This document shows positions 50,521-63,839 of a stretch of 64,000 nt of DNA, piece by piece. Origin of the DNA: Anaeramoeba ignava BMAN. Lineage: Eukaryota > Protista > Anaeramoebae. The position numbers were made by a program, and so were the translations under genes. Within the stretch, counting starts at the first letter, position 1. The number at the start of each line of letters is the position of its first letter. The notes beneath the pieces are model-generated. The model was given only the letters and a program-made list of their open reading frames with translations, ran no database searches and was not told the origin of the DNA. Location: NCBI GenBank assembly GCA_028826165.1, contig JAPDFW010000079.1:248001-312000 (forward strand), in the 5' to 3' direction.

Positions 50521-50850
50521 TTTATTTCTTTTTAAAAGATTTTTGTGAAATATTTCTTTTAATCCTTGAAACTAAAGAATCAATTTGAGAATTTCTATTT
50601 TTAAATTCTTTTTTTTGATTTGAATTTCTATTTGATTTTTGATTAGAATTTAATGAAAGTTTTGTTTTCTTAATTTGAATTTTGATTTGAATTTCTATTT
50701 GATTTGATTTGAATTTCTATTTGATTTGATTTAAATTTATTTCTTTTTAAAAGATTTTTGTGAAATATTTCTTTTAATCCTTGAAACTAAAGAATCAATT
50801 TGAGAATTTCTATTTTTAAATTCTTTTTTTTGATTTGAATTTTGATTTTA
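50521..50850 (-). repeat. Two extra tandem copies of the ESF1 3' coding end
   Basis: TTATTTCTTTTTAAAAGATTTTTGTGAAATATTTC..GAAACTAAAGAATCAATTTGAGAA at ~50522 and ~50737, as well as in the gene at 50946. Confidence 0.85.
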
Positions 50851-50945
50851 ATTTTGATTTGAATTTTGATTTTGATTTCTATTTAAATTTTAATTTCTAT
50901 TTGATTTGTTTTGATTTAAATTTCTATTTTGATTTTAATTTGAAT

Positions 50946-53249
50946 TTATTTCTTTTTAAAAGATTTTTGTGAAATATTTCTTTTAATTCTTGAAACTAAA
51001 GAATCAATTTGAGAATTTCTATTTTTAAATTCTTTTTTTTGATTTGAATTTTGATTTGAATTTTGATTAGAATTTAATGAAAGTTTTGTTTTCTTAATTT
51101 GATCAACATTTTCAAAATCTTCATGTAAATGTTCATGCCTTTTTAATTGTTCTTTTCTAATTTCATTAGTTGCTTGTGAAGATTGATAAAGTGGATTTGT
51201 TGGATCTAAATTATAAAGATGAGAATCATATAAACGATTAAATCTTTCATCTTGTGGATTAAATTGAAAATTTTGATCTTCTTTAATTTCTTTTTTTCTT
51301 TTTTTCTTGTTTTTTTGATTCAAAATTAATTTTTCATTTTCTTGACTTTTTTGTTTGCTTAAATTGTCACCAAATTTCACTTTATCATTAAGCATAAGCA
51401 ATTCAAGTTCAGCCTTTTCTTGATTTTCTTTTTTCATTTCTTCATTCTTTGTTTCTTGATCCATTTGCTTTTTCTTATTGTTTTTCTTTTTGTTTGTTTT
51501 CTTTTTAGATCTGAAAGAATTTCCAAGTTCTGAAATAAAAAATGGATCATCTTCATCAATTTCAATATCATCAGAAAACAAACTTTGATCATCATTTTCA
51601 TCTTGGGAATTTTCGTCTTCATCTTTTGATCTGTTTTTATCTTGTTTTGATTTTTTCTTCAGCTTGTTTTTTTCCTTCAATTTATCTTTGTATTTTTCCC
51701 AACTTGATTTATTTTGAGATTCTTCTTTTTCTTTCTTGCTTTCTAGTATTTCTTGGGCTTTTTCTGATAAACCAGGAATAAAAGTAATTTCGATATCTTC
51801 TTGTTCCTTCTCTTTTTGGTGTATATGCTCTAATAATTCCTTAAACCGATTGCGATATTTTGGTTTCAATTTTTTCACTTCTTCTTCATTCTGAATGTTA
51901 TTTTTTTTTTCATCATTTATTTTTTCATCATTTGTTTCTGTTTTTTCAGAATTGGAATTTGCAGCTTCATTTGGCTCCATTTTTGGTTGCGATTCTGATT
52001 CTGATTCTGATTCTGATTCTGAATCAGAAGCAATAAATTCTTGATAAATATCTTCGTTAATTTCTTGATCCTCTAATTTTGAGTTCAAAATAATTTGTCT
52101 TCTTGCATCAGGTTGATCCCAAGTTAGCTCAACTTTGGAATGCTGAAGAGCCTTTGTATAAAAATTAATGGGATGATATCCAGATGGAACATCTGTGGCA
52201 ACTTCTTTTGGTTTCTGTTCAAATTCCATTTCATCAGGCACAAATGATAAATTTAATAGATTTGAACTTTGTATATATTCCATTCCTTCGCAATTATTAT
52301 ATACTGAAAGTGCTGTTTCTTTTGAATCAAATTCTGCAACTGCAAAATAATATCTCATTTTTTGTTTTTCGTATTTTCGAAGTTTTTCTTGATCAAAACT
52401 TTCATCGTTTGATTCTTGAAAATTTGAAAGTGAATATTCAGTTCCAAAAATATTATCATCATCAATAATATTTTCATCATCATCAATAATATTATTTTCA
52501 TCATCAATAATATTTTTATCATCATTAATATTTTTATCATCATTAATATTTTCATCATCATTAATATTTTTATCATCAATAATATTTTTATCATCTTTAT
52601 TAATATTTTTATCATCTTTATTAATATTGGATTTTTCTTTTTCTTGAATAATATCTCTTGGTGGCCCATATATTTCATCTTTTTCCATCATCTTTAATCC
52701 ATATTGACTTGGATATATTTTAACTGATAAAACCGCTCCTGTTGTCGGCAAAAAGCTTCTAAATAAAGATAAAAGATCAACTGCATGAATAAAATTCCAA
52801 TCAATATTAACAATCGCAATTCTTTTTGTTTCTTCTCCATCAAGATGGTTTTTATCATAATAAAAATTATTATCTTTTTCATCTTCATCATTTTCAGAAG
52901 ATTCAATAGAAACGGATTTAAATTTATTTTTGGATTTGCTTTTGGAATTTGATTTGTGATTTTCTAATTGATTTTCTAATTCAATAAATTTCATTTTTTT
53001 ATTTGCTTTATTCCCTTTTCTTTGTGTTTCTTCTGTTTCAATTTCAAAATAATTATTTGGTTCAAATGTTTTTGTTTTGATTTTTCTTCCATATTTATCA
53101 TATTTTGCTGTTTTTTGAAAATCTTTGTTTTCATTCATTTTTTGAAATCTTGAATCAACTTTAATTTTTAAATTTCTTTTTGAAAATTTTTTAAATTTAG
53201 GATCTGAAAATCTTGCACTAAATCTATCATCATTTTCATTTGGATTCAT
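50946..53249 (-). CDS. ESF1: Pre-rRNA-processing protein ESF1
   Basis: DDRFSARFSDPKF; ETKRIAIVNIDW; VLSVKIYPSQYG; RYYFAVAEFDS; KALQHSKVELTWD; NUC153-like DERFNRLYDSHLYNLDPTNP. Confidence 0.95.
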   Translation of the reverse strand: MNPNENDDRFSARFSDPKFKKFSKRNLKIKVDSRFQKMNENKDFQKTAKYDKYGRKIKTKTFEPNNYFEIETEETQRKGNKANKKMKFIELENQLENHKSNSKSKSKNKFKSVSIESSENDEDEKDNNFYYDKNHLDGEETKRIAIVNIDWNFIHAVDLLSLFRSFLPTTGAVLSVKIYPSQYGLKMMEKDEIYGPPRDIIQEKEKSNINKDDKNINKDDKNIIDDKNINDDENINDDKNINDDKNIIDDENNIIDDDENIIDDDNIFGTEYSLSNFQESNDESFDQEKLRKYEKQKMRYYFAVAEFDSKETALSVYNNCEGMEYIQSSNLLNLSFVPDEMEFEQKPKEVATDVPSGYHPINFYTKALQHSKVELTWDQPDARRQIILNSKLEDQEINEDIYQEFIASDSESESESESESQPKMEPNEAANSNSEKTETNDEKINDEKKNNIQNEEEVKKLKPKYRNRFKELLEHIHQKEKEQEDIEITFIPGLSEKAQEILESKKEKEESQNKSSWEKYKDKLKEKNKLKKKSKQDKNRSKDEDENSQDENDDQSLFSDDIEIDEDDPFFISELGNSFRSKKKTNKKKNNKKKQMDQETKNEEMKKENQEKAELELLMLNDKVKFGDNLSKQKSQENEKLILNQKNKKKRKKEIKEDQNFQFNPQDERFNRLYDSHLYNLDPTNPLYQSSQATNEIRKEQLKRHEHLHEDFENVDQIKKTKLSLNSNQNSNQNSNQKKEFKNRNSQIDSLVSRIKRNISQKSFKKK

Positions 53250-53313
53250 TTTTAATTATTATTATTAAAAAAAAATGAAAAGAAAAAAATGAAAATGAAA
53301 AAAAAATTTTTTT

Positions 53314-56300
53314 TTAATTATTTTCAAAAATTTTCTTGAATGGAAAGGAATTAAAGTTTTGAATCAAAAGTTTATCAAACAAAATAAACTTTTGATAAAA
53401 TAAATCAATTTTATGAACAATTTCCAAAAGAAAATCTTCTTTCAATTTTTTTTGATTGAATGAATTAAAACAATTCAAAGTGCAAAAAAAACCGAATTGA
53501 GAACAAAAAACAAAAATGTCACCAGAATAATCAAGAAGACATATTTGCTTATCCAAAAATTGATAAGAATTTTTTTGCTGAACCAAATCATTCCACCAAA
53601 TACCATTTGCTAAATCAATTGAATTAGGGACAAATTCAACTGTAAATTTTAGTTTTTTACAAAGCATAATAAGTATAAATTTTTTGCTAAAAAAAGATAA
53701 ACAATCAAAATTCAATTCGAGAAATTTTGTGATTAAAAATGGACAATTTTTAACATAATTTGATGGTGTTTGATAAGGGACTTGTACAAGTTTCATCCCG
53801 TTGTTTTGTGCTATTCTTGATGCATCCGAAATGAATTGGGTTATTGTAAAATTTGAAGCAACAATCCATTGAATTTCAATGTGATAATTCTGAGATTCCT
53901 GAAAAAAAGGAGGAATTGTTAAATAGATCCATTCAAACCTTGAATTTTTTGGATTGTTTTGAAATTCCACTTTCATCATTCTTGTTGATTTTTTATTTTT
54001 CTTTTCGATAAATATTATTTTGGATGGTTCTTTTGCTGATTGTTGAACAAATTGTAGAATCCATTCTTGATAAAAAACGGCAAATGATTTTTGGAAAAGC
54101 GTTATGTTATATTCATTTGGAATTAAAGAATACTTGATTTTTCTTGTTTGTGCTGAATTAAATAGCTTTGAATTTCCACATATTAATTCGTCTAATTGAT
54201 TCCAACGGAAATTATTTAAAAAATTATTTGGAAATTGAATTTGTTTTGAATTGAATTCTTTTGTAAATGGTGAATAAAGAAAGAATTGGTAATTTTTTGG
54301 TTTTATGAAGGATTTTGAGTTTAGTTTTTTTTGAATTTTTGCTTTTCCATCTTGTTTATCATCTGTAAGATCGATATTTTCTTTTTTTTCTTTTAAATTT
54401 TCTTTTAAATTTTCATTTGAATTTTCTTTTAAATTTTCTTTTAAATTTTCTTTTAAATTTTCTTTTGAATTCTCATTTGAATTTTCTTTTGAATTTTCTT
54501 TTAAATTTTCATTTGAATTTTCTTTTGAAGACAAAAATGATGTTTGGATTATTCTTCTTAAAAAAGGAGTTTTTTTTTGTTTGTTTGGATCTGTATTGGG
54601 ATATTTTATAGAGTTTTCTAAAGTTTTTTTGTTTTCTTTTTGTTGAGTTTTTGTATGCTTTTCTGTTGGGAGATGAATATATCTAATTTGATGAATATTT
54701 TTCTCAATAGAATTTGGATTCTCAGAAAACAAAACATTTTCTTTTTTTGGATCTTGAGAATTTGGAAAAGAAAGACTTTTTGAAGAAATAAAATAATTGT
54801 TTCGAGAAAATGATTGAACATCAATAATTTGTTCTCGATAATTACAAATGATTTTATGGAAAATATTTTTTTTTGATAAGTAATAAATAGTTTTTTGGAG
54901 ATATTCCGAAATGATTGATAAAGAAATCTGGAAATTTTGGTCGAGTCTTTGAGAAACTAGTTCAATAAGTAAATCATTAATAGAGATACAGTTACTATTT
55001 TCATTGAGAAGTTGATAAAAAGAACAAGTGTATTCAGAATTGAGCTCGTTTTGATCAGGAAAATAGTCAACAGAAAGTGGTAGTAAAAAAGGTTCTGCGA
55101 GTATTTGGTAATTTGTGAGGGTTTTATCGATCGAAAAATTAAAGACATCACCAGAAAGAGCAGAAATTTCATTCCAAAAAATTTGGTGATTTTTGCGATT
55201 AAAATATGTATTAATGGATTCAATTTGAAAAGGATTTAAATCGGAAATCTCAAGTTCTGGTGGCGATTCACGATTGCGAATATCCCAAATTTCGGATAAA
55301 GAATCGGATTTTGCTGTGATTTTGTCTGATTTTCCTTTCATTCCACGAGAAATTTGAGCCACAGAGTTTGCGCTGTTTTTTTTCTAGTGATTCTTGAATA
55401 TCATTGATATCCACAATATTATTAAATGAAAAAGGATGCTCGTTGAATTCCAATGGCGAATAAATTACTTCTCTTTCCATCTCATCCAAACCTGGCGGTC
55501 TTTTGCCTGCATAAGACCGTCTTGTTTGTAAGTAATCTATTGAGTTTTGTCTCGGAACTTGTATTCCTGTTCGAGAAATTCCGATTGATAATTTAGGATC
55601 TGTTTTTTCATTTGGCTTTTTTGCTGATTTGCTTTTTTCTGGAGTGAATTTTTCTTTTTCTAAATTATTTGATTTTTTGGATTGATTTCTTTCCGTTTTT
55701 TGTTTTAAAAAACCGCTTTTATTTTTGGTAACTTGATATGAATGAATTGTTTCCATATTTTGGATTGTGATTTGTCGAGATCGTTGCTCCTTTGATAAAC
55801 GTAAAATATAATCAGGGAAAATTGATTTATAGGGAAGAATCAAAGAGTTTTCTGAAATATTTGCAAATCCTCCAAGCAAAATACGTTCTGAATTTTGAGG
55901 AATATCAAGATCGTTTGCAAACTTGCTCACTTCATTTTTTTGATTTGAATCAGTGGTTCTGTTTCCATAGCCAGTTGATGTATTTGGGAAATCATCTTGG
56001 TTTTCTTGTTTGGAATTTTCGTCTTGATCCGACTCATTTTCGGATTGAATTGCTGTTTTATACAAATTTGGTGTTGACATGAATCTTGGGTGTCTTCTTA
56101 AACCTCCAGAGTTATTCTCATCAAATACTTTGTCATGATCATCGATTCCATCTGAAGAAAATGTTCTTTTGTGATTAATTGCTTTTTTCTTATTTTGAAT
56201 TTGAATCACAAATTCTGGAAATTTACACAATTGAGTAAAAACATTTTCATCATGTTTTTTGCGCCAAAGACTTGTAAAGGCGTCTGTTGATTGCAATCGT

Positions 56301-59300
56301 TTTGGGGTTTTTTGATCCATATTCTCCCCAAATCCAAAAATTTGGAAATATTTTGGGGTTTCGAAATTTTTTTCTAAATTCATTCCTGATAAAGAAGGAT
56401 AGAAATCAGAATCATGATCAAATGAAAAAAAGGTTTTTGATTTATCCACATTTTTCTTGTGAATATTTTCGTTTTGTTCATGTTGTTCATTTCTTGTTTC
56501 GAAGAAATTGATTGCTGGGTCTTGGTCTTGGTCTTTCATAAAAGAGTTTTGGAAATTATTTTTTTGGAATATAGAATTTGAGTTATTATTAGAATTGTTA
56601 TTCATTTTGTTTTCTTGGAATAATTTTTTGGGAGTGTTTTGTTTAGGATTCTTAATTTCACTAAAACTCATATGAATCCAATAAGGAAGTGTTTGTTTCA
56701 ATTTTTGTTGTTGGTTTTCATTATCAAAAGCATTTTCAATAAATAAAGGAACTGCGCTTAAAGATGGTTGATTTACAGAAACAATTTCAATAAAAAATCC
56801 ATTATAATGAATTCTATTTTTAGTTAATTTTCTAAGTTCTTTTTCTACATGAAATACTCCAGATCCTGGAGTTACAATTAGAATCTTTTCTCCACTTCTT
56901 CTTAAATCTTGATTCATTGAAAAATTTTCAAGAATATTTATTGCTATGTTAATTGCTTCTAAAATATTCCCATTTTTTGCTGTTGATAAAATGGGATTTT
57001 GGTTTTTATTTTTTGAATTATTTTTCATTTGAGAAATAATATTTGAAAAATTTTGGAATTGATGTTGGATTTTTTGCATAATTTTATCAAATTCAAGATA
57101 TGGTTGACAAATAATGATTGGAATAAATAGATCCATAAATTCATTTTCATTTTCATTTTGATTTTCATTTAATGATTCAAATCGAGAAAAAAAAAATATA
57201 CTAAGACAATGATTTGAAGAAGATTTTGTCCATTTTTGAAATAAATTTGTGAAAAAACTATATAAAGTTTTCTCAAATAAAAGATCACCATTATAATCAA
57301 AATGCCACATTTCTTGGGAAATTTGGATCATAATTATATAATGAGAAGATCTGCTTGAAAAAATAAATTTTGTTCTTTCATTAATTACACCTGATTTAAC
57401 TCTTTCTTTATTTTTGATAATTTTTGAAATTTTAACTCGAGTTTGATTAAATTTAATAATTTGGCCTTGATATACACAGGATGAGCTTAAATTTCTTTGT
57501 AATTTCCACATTTCACTTCTTGTGAAATGATAATCTTTTGTTGAAATTTCAATCGATTCAACTGACATTGTTTGATGTGGAATAATATTTACTAAAATTA
57601 ATTGTTGTGTTTGAAAATTAAAATTTTTGGCAATATCTTTTCTGATACTAATCTGGAAGTGTCCTTTTAATTTATTTAGAAATTTATTTAGAAATTTATT
57701 TAGAAATTTATTTAGAAATTTATTTATAATTTTATTTATAATTTTATTTATAATTTAATTTATAATTTAATTTATAATTTTATTTATAATTTAATTTATA
57801 ATTTAATTTATAATTTTATTTATAATTTTATTTATAATTTTATTTATAATTTAATTTATAATTTAATTTATAATTTTATTTATAATTTAATTTATAATTT
57901 TATTTATAATTTAATTTTATAATTTTTATTTATAATTTAATTTATTTTATTTATAATTTTATTTATAATTTTATTTATAATTTTATTTATATTTTTAATT
58001 TATAATTTAATTTATAATTTTATTTATAATTTTTATTTATAATTTTATTTATAATTTAATTTATAATTTTATTTATAATTTTATTTATAATTTAATTTAT
58101 AATTTTATTTATAATTTTATTTATATTTTATTTATAATTTAATTTATAATTTAATTTATAATTTTATTTATAATTTTGTTTATAATTTTGTTTATAATTT
58201 TAATTTATAATTTAATTTATAATTTTATTTATAAATTTATTTATAATTTTTATTTATAAATTTATTTATAATTTAATTTATAATTTAATTTATTATTTAT
58301 TTATAATTTTATTTATAATTTTATTTATAATTTAATTTATAATTTTCCATTTATAATTTTATTTATAATTTTTATTTATAATTTAATTTATAATTTAATT
58401 TATAATTTTAATTTATAATTTAATTTATAATTTTAATTTATTATTTTATTTATATTTTAATTTATATATTTAATTTATAATTTTATTTATAATTTAATTT
58501 GTAATTTTAATTTATATTTTTAATTTATAATTTTATTTATAATTTTATTTATAATTTTATTTATAATTTAATTTATAATTTAATTTTAATTTTAATTTAT
58601 AATTTTATTTATAATTTTTATTTATAATTTATTTATAATTTTATTTATAATTTATTTATAATTTATTTATAATTTTTTTTTATAATTTAATTTATAATTT
58701 TATTTATAATTTTATTTTATAATTTATTTTTATAATTTTAATTTATAATTTTATTTATAATTTTATTTATAATTTTATTTTATAATTTTATTTATAATTT
58801 TATTTATAATTTTATTTATAATTATTTATTTATAATTTTTATTTATAATTTTATTTATAATTTTATTTATAATTTAATTTATAATTTTATTTATAATTTT
58901 ATTTATAATTTTATTTATAATTTAATATATAATTTATTTTATAATTTTTATTTATAATTTTTATTTACAATTTAATTTATAATTTTATTTACAATTTTAA
59001 TTTATAATTTTATTTATAATTTAATTTATAATTTTATTTATAATTTTATTTATAATTTAATTTATAATTTAATTTATATTTTTATTTATTATTTTATTTA
59101 TAATTTATTTATAATTTTATTTTATAATTTTATTTTATAATTTTATTTATAATTTAATTTATAATTTAATTTATAATTTAATTTTATATTTTTATTTATA
59201 ATTTAATATATATTTTTATTTATAATTTAATTTATAATTTTATTTATAATTTAATTTATATTTAATTTATTATTTTATTTATAATTTAATTTATATTTAA

Positions 59301-61816
59301 TTTATAATTTTATTTATTATTTTATTTATAATTTTATTTATAATTTAATTTGTAATTTAATTTATAATTTTTATTTATAATTTAATTTATAATTTTATTT
59401 ATAATTTAATTTATATTTTATTTATAATTTAATTTATAATTTTATTTATAATTTTATTTATAATTTTATTTATAATTTTATTTATAATTTTTATTTATAA
59501 TTTTATTTATAATTTTATTTTATTTTTATTTATAATTTAATTTATAATTTTATTTATAATTTTATTTATAATTTTTATTTATAATTTTTATTTATAATTT
59601 TATTTATAATTTAATTTATAATTTAATTTATAATTTAATTTATAATTTAATTTATAATTTAATTTATAATTTTATTTATAATTTAATTTATAATTTTATT
59701 TTATAATTTTATTTATAATTTTATTAATAATTTTATTTATAATTTTATTTTATAATTTTATTTATAATTTAATTTTATAATTTAATTTATTATTTTATTT
59801 ATAATTTTATTTATAATTTTATTTATAATTTAATTTATAATTTAATTTATAATTTTATTTATAATTTTATTTATAATTTTATTTATAATTTTATTTATAA
59901 TTTAATTTATTATTTAATTTATAATTTTAATTTATAATTTTAATTTATAATTTAATTTATTATTTTATTTATAATTTTATTTATAATTTTATTTATAATT
60001 TATAATTTAATTTATAATTTATTTTAATAATTTTATAATTTTATTTATAATTTTAATTTATAATTTAATTTATAATTTATAATTTAATTTTATAATTTTT
60101 ATTTATAATTTAATTTATAATTTAATTTATAATTTTAATTTATAATTTAATTTATAATTTAATTTATAATTTAATTTATAATTTAATTTATAATTTAATT
60201 TATAATTTAATTTATAATTTAATTTATTTTTATAATTTAAATTTTTATTTTTATTTATAATTTAATTTATAATTTAATTTATAATTTTAATTTATAATTT
60301 AATTTATAATTTAATTTATAATTTAATTTATAATTTAATTTATAATTTAATTTATAATTTTAATTTATAATTTAATTTATAATTTTATTTATATAATTTT
60401 TTTAATTTATAATTTAATTTATAATTTTAATTTATAATTTTTATTTATAATTTTAATTTTATAATTTTATTTATAATTTTATTTATAATTTTATTTATAA
60501 TTTTATTTTATAATTTTATTTATAATTTAATTTATAATTTTATTTATAATTTTATTTATAATTTTATTTATAATTTTATTTATAATTTTTATTTATAATT
60601 TTATTTATAATTTTATTTATAATTTTATTTATAATTTTATTTATAATTTTATTTATAATTTTATTTATAATTTTATTTATAATTTTATTTTATAATTTTT
60701 ATTTATTTTTATTTTATAATTTTATTTATAATTTTATTTATAATTTTAATTTATAATTTATTTTATAATTTTTTTTATAATTTTATTTATAATTTTAATA
60801 TATAATTTATTTTTATAATTTTATTTATAATTTTATTTATAATTTAATATATAAATTTTTAATTTATTTTATAATTTTATTTTATAATTTTATTTATAAT
60901 TTTATTTATTATTTTATTTATTATTTAATTTATAATTTAATTTATAATTTAATTTATAATTTTATTTATAATTTTTATTTATTATTTAATTTATAATTTT
61001 TATTTATAATTTTATTTATAAATTTTTATTTATAATTTTATTTATAATTTTTATTTATAATTTTATTTATAATTTTTAATTTTATTTTTAATTTTATTTA
61101 ATTATTTTTATTTATAATTTTATTTATAATTTTATTTATAATTTATTATTTTATTAATAATTTTATTTATAATTTTATTTATAATTTATTTATAATTTTA
61201 TTTATAATTTTTATTTATAATTTAATTTATAATTTATTTATAATTTTAATTTATAATTTATTTATAATTTATTTATAATTTTATTAATAATTTTATTTAT
61301 AATTTAATTTATAATTTAATTTATAATTTAATTTATAATTTAATTTATAATTTAATTTATAATTTTATTTATAATTTAATTTATAATTTTATTTTATAAT
61401 TTTATTTATAATTTTATTTTATAATTTTATTTATAATTTTATTTATAATTTTATTTATAATTTTATTTATAATTTTATTTATATTTTTATTTATAATTTT
61501 ATTTATAATTTTATTTATAATTTTATTTATAATTTAATTTATAATTTAATTTATAATTTTATTTATAATTTTATTTATAATTTTATTTATAATTTTATTT
61601 ATAATTTAATTTGAATTTACCTTTTTTTTTATTAAAACTTTCAATTTTTGTAAATAAATGAGATTTTTCAGGTTGATCTCTTTGATAAATTTCTAAAATA
61701 GAACCAAGTTCAAGTTTATCAGAAAAAGCAGTTTCTTTAACAAGAACTATTTCTTGACTTTCAGAAATATTATGAATTGTAAAAGCAAATGTTTTTGTAT
61801 AAGTTCGAAAAGTCAT
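53314..61816 (-). CDS. DEPDC5: GATOR1 subunit DEPDC5/Iml1; exon 61816-61621, intron 57664-61620, frameshift ~55380
   Basis: KDYHFTRSEMWKL; IQISQEMWHFD; GNILEAINIA; DLRRSGEKILIVTPGSGVFHV; EPFLLPLSVDYFP; ELVSQRLDQNFQI; WNQLDELICG; RFEW..IEIQW. Confidence 0.92.
57664..61620 (-). repeat. 3.96-kb intron filled with 12-mer satellite (TAAAATTATAAA/TTAAATTATAAA on the sense strand)
   Basis: GT at 61620 and AG at 57665-57664; splicing gives KKK-G-HFQISIRKDIA, in frame with the 57568 ORF. Confidence 0.9.
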
Positions 61817-62024
61817 TAAAAAACAAAATTGAAATTGAAAACAATTGAAATTAAAATTGAAATTGAAATTAAAAGAGAAATTGGAATTGAAATTAAAAGA
61901 AAAAATGAAATTAGAATTGAAATTAAAAGAAAAAATGAAAAAAATTTTTGCCAGAATTATTTTTTTTTCATTTTTAATTTTTTCATTTTTTTTTCTTTCA
62001 ATTTCAATTTTTGTTTTTTTGTAA

Positions 62025-62302
62025 ATGAAAAAAGACGAAGAGGAAACTTCAACAAGCGTTTCAAAATTAACTTCACTTTTCGAAAAGAAAACAGCACCTA
62101 CAAGTCCTAAATTTGTACCTTCTTATTTAAGGAAAAAAACCAATAAACCAATAATAAAAGGAAATGAACCAAAAAAAGAAATGAAAGAAATTCCAATTCA
62201 AACAAAAGAAATGAAAGAAATAAAAGAAATAAAAGAAAATCCAATTCAAATAAAAGAAAATCCAATTCAAATAAAAGAAATAAAAGAAATTCCAATTCAA
62301 AC

Positions 62303-62337
<35 letters not shown>

Positions 62338-63839
62338 ATCCAATTCAAATAAAAGAAATTCAACAACAAAAACAACCACAAAGAAACATAGACAAAACAA
62401 AAAGACGATCCTTACAAATCCCAAATATCGTTAATGATTTTAAAAAAGAAAGAAATGATTTGTCAAAAAAATTGGAATTTTTTAGAGAAAAAAACAAAAC
62501 ATATAAAAAGCAAAATGAGGAATTAAAAGAAAAACTTAAACAGAAAGAATTGCAAATCCAGGAATTCAAAGTTTCTTATGAAGACCAAATCAAAGACCAA
62601 ATGGAATCAAGCGCAATTTTGATACAAAAAATGGATCGCAAAAAAAAAAAATTTGAACAGCAACAAAATAAATATGATTTGGAAGTGGAAAATTATTCAA
62701 AAAAGCAAATGGAAATGGAAAAGGAAATTGAGAAATTAAAGTCTCAATTAAGCGAGCAAATCCAAAAAACAAATCAAGAGTCTGAAAGAAATCAGAACTT
62801 GGAAAATTCAATTAGAATATACAAAGAAAAATATCAAAAATCAAAACAAAAACTACAAAATGAGCAATTAAATCAACAGAAAATTTCACAGCAAAATAAT
62901 TCCTTATCAAAACAAATTGAGGACGAAAAAAAAGCAAAAAAAAGTTTTGCTGATTCAAATTTTACTCAAAAATTGGGTTTTTTTGTGAAAGATTTAAAAC
63001 AAGAAATTGATGAACTAAAGAAATTCACACTCGACCATTTCCAACAATATTCTGAAACAATTATACAAATTATTCACGTGATCAATTATTCTCAAGACGA
63101 GAATTTGCAGTTGAAAGAAAGCTTATCCTTTTTTATTGAAAAATGGCAAAAAATGGAGAATAAATACCAGAAATTAAAAGACAAATTTGAAAAAGTAATT
63201 TCCAATGATTTTATTCAAAAATTAATACGAATAATTGATGATTCTGAGAAAAACTGTGTTTCTTTACAAAACGAAAATTTGCCACAAAAAACAATTGAAA
63301 ATCCACAAGTGAACGACAAAATCAAAACAAGATTAGTTATGCTTTATGATCACAACTTTCATCTCCAATCCAAAAATCGTTTTTTCAAGAAAATCACAGC
63401 AAATCAAAAAAGTCGACTATCTAAATATGAATCTGTTCTGAATTCAGCAAATAAATCCAATTTTTCTTCACTTTATAAAAATCATCAACAAGAATCTGAG
63501 TTGATTAACCATTTAGACATGGAACTTGAGCAAAGTCGCAATGAAAATGAACAATTTCTTGACCAAATTAATTCTCTTCAATCTTTGAGAGACCAATTAT
63601 TGTCAAGAGTTAGATCGTTGGAAATTGAAAATAAGAACTTGAAACGTCGTTCTTTGCCTTCAATTAATTTTAAGCAATCTTTATCATCAAAATCTTCCAA
63701 TGCTCAAAAACTTTATCAAGAAGATCAATGGATAAATGTTTCACAATCTGGTAAAAAAGAAAGAAGAGCAAATCAACATCAGAATGAACCAATTGAAAAA
63801 ATTGAAAAAATTGAAAAAATTGAAAAAAAAGAAAATTAA
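62025..63839 (+). CDS. Long coiled-coil protein of unknown function with KEIKENPIQ repeats
   Basis: 604-aa ATG-initiated ORF, heptad-rich in K/E/Q. Confidence 0.7.

Noticed and set aside
17584-55390. Programmed ribosomal frameshifting as an explanation for split genes (FG-GAP, channel, SMC, BEACH, Kelch, DEPDC5)
   Set aside because: Most breaks are single-base changes in homopolymer runs across unrelated genes, typical of long-read consensus error; short-read polishing would decide.
57664-61620. Telomere or centromere
   Set aside because: The array is bounded by in-frame splice sites within DEPDC5 and has no G-rich telomeric unit.
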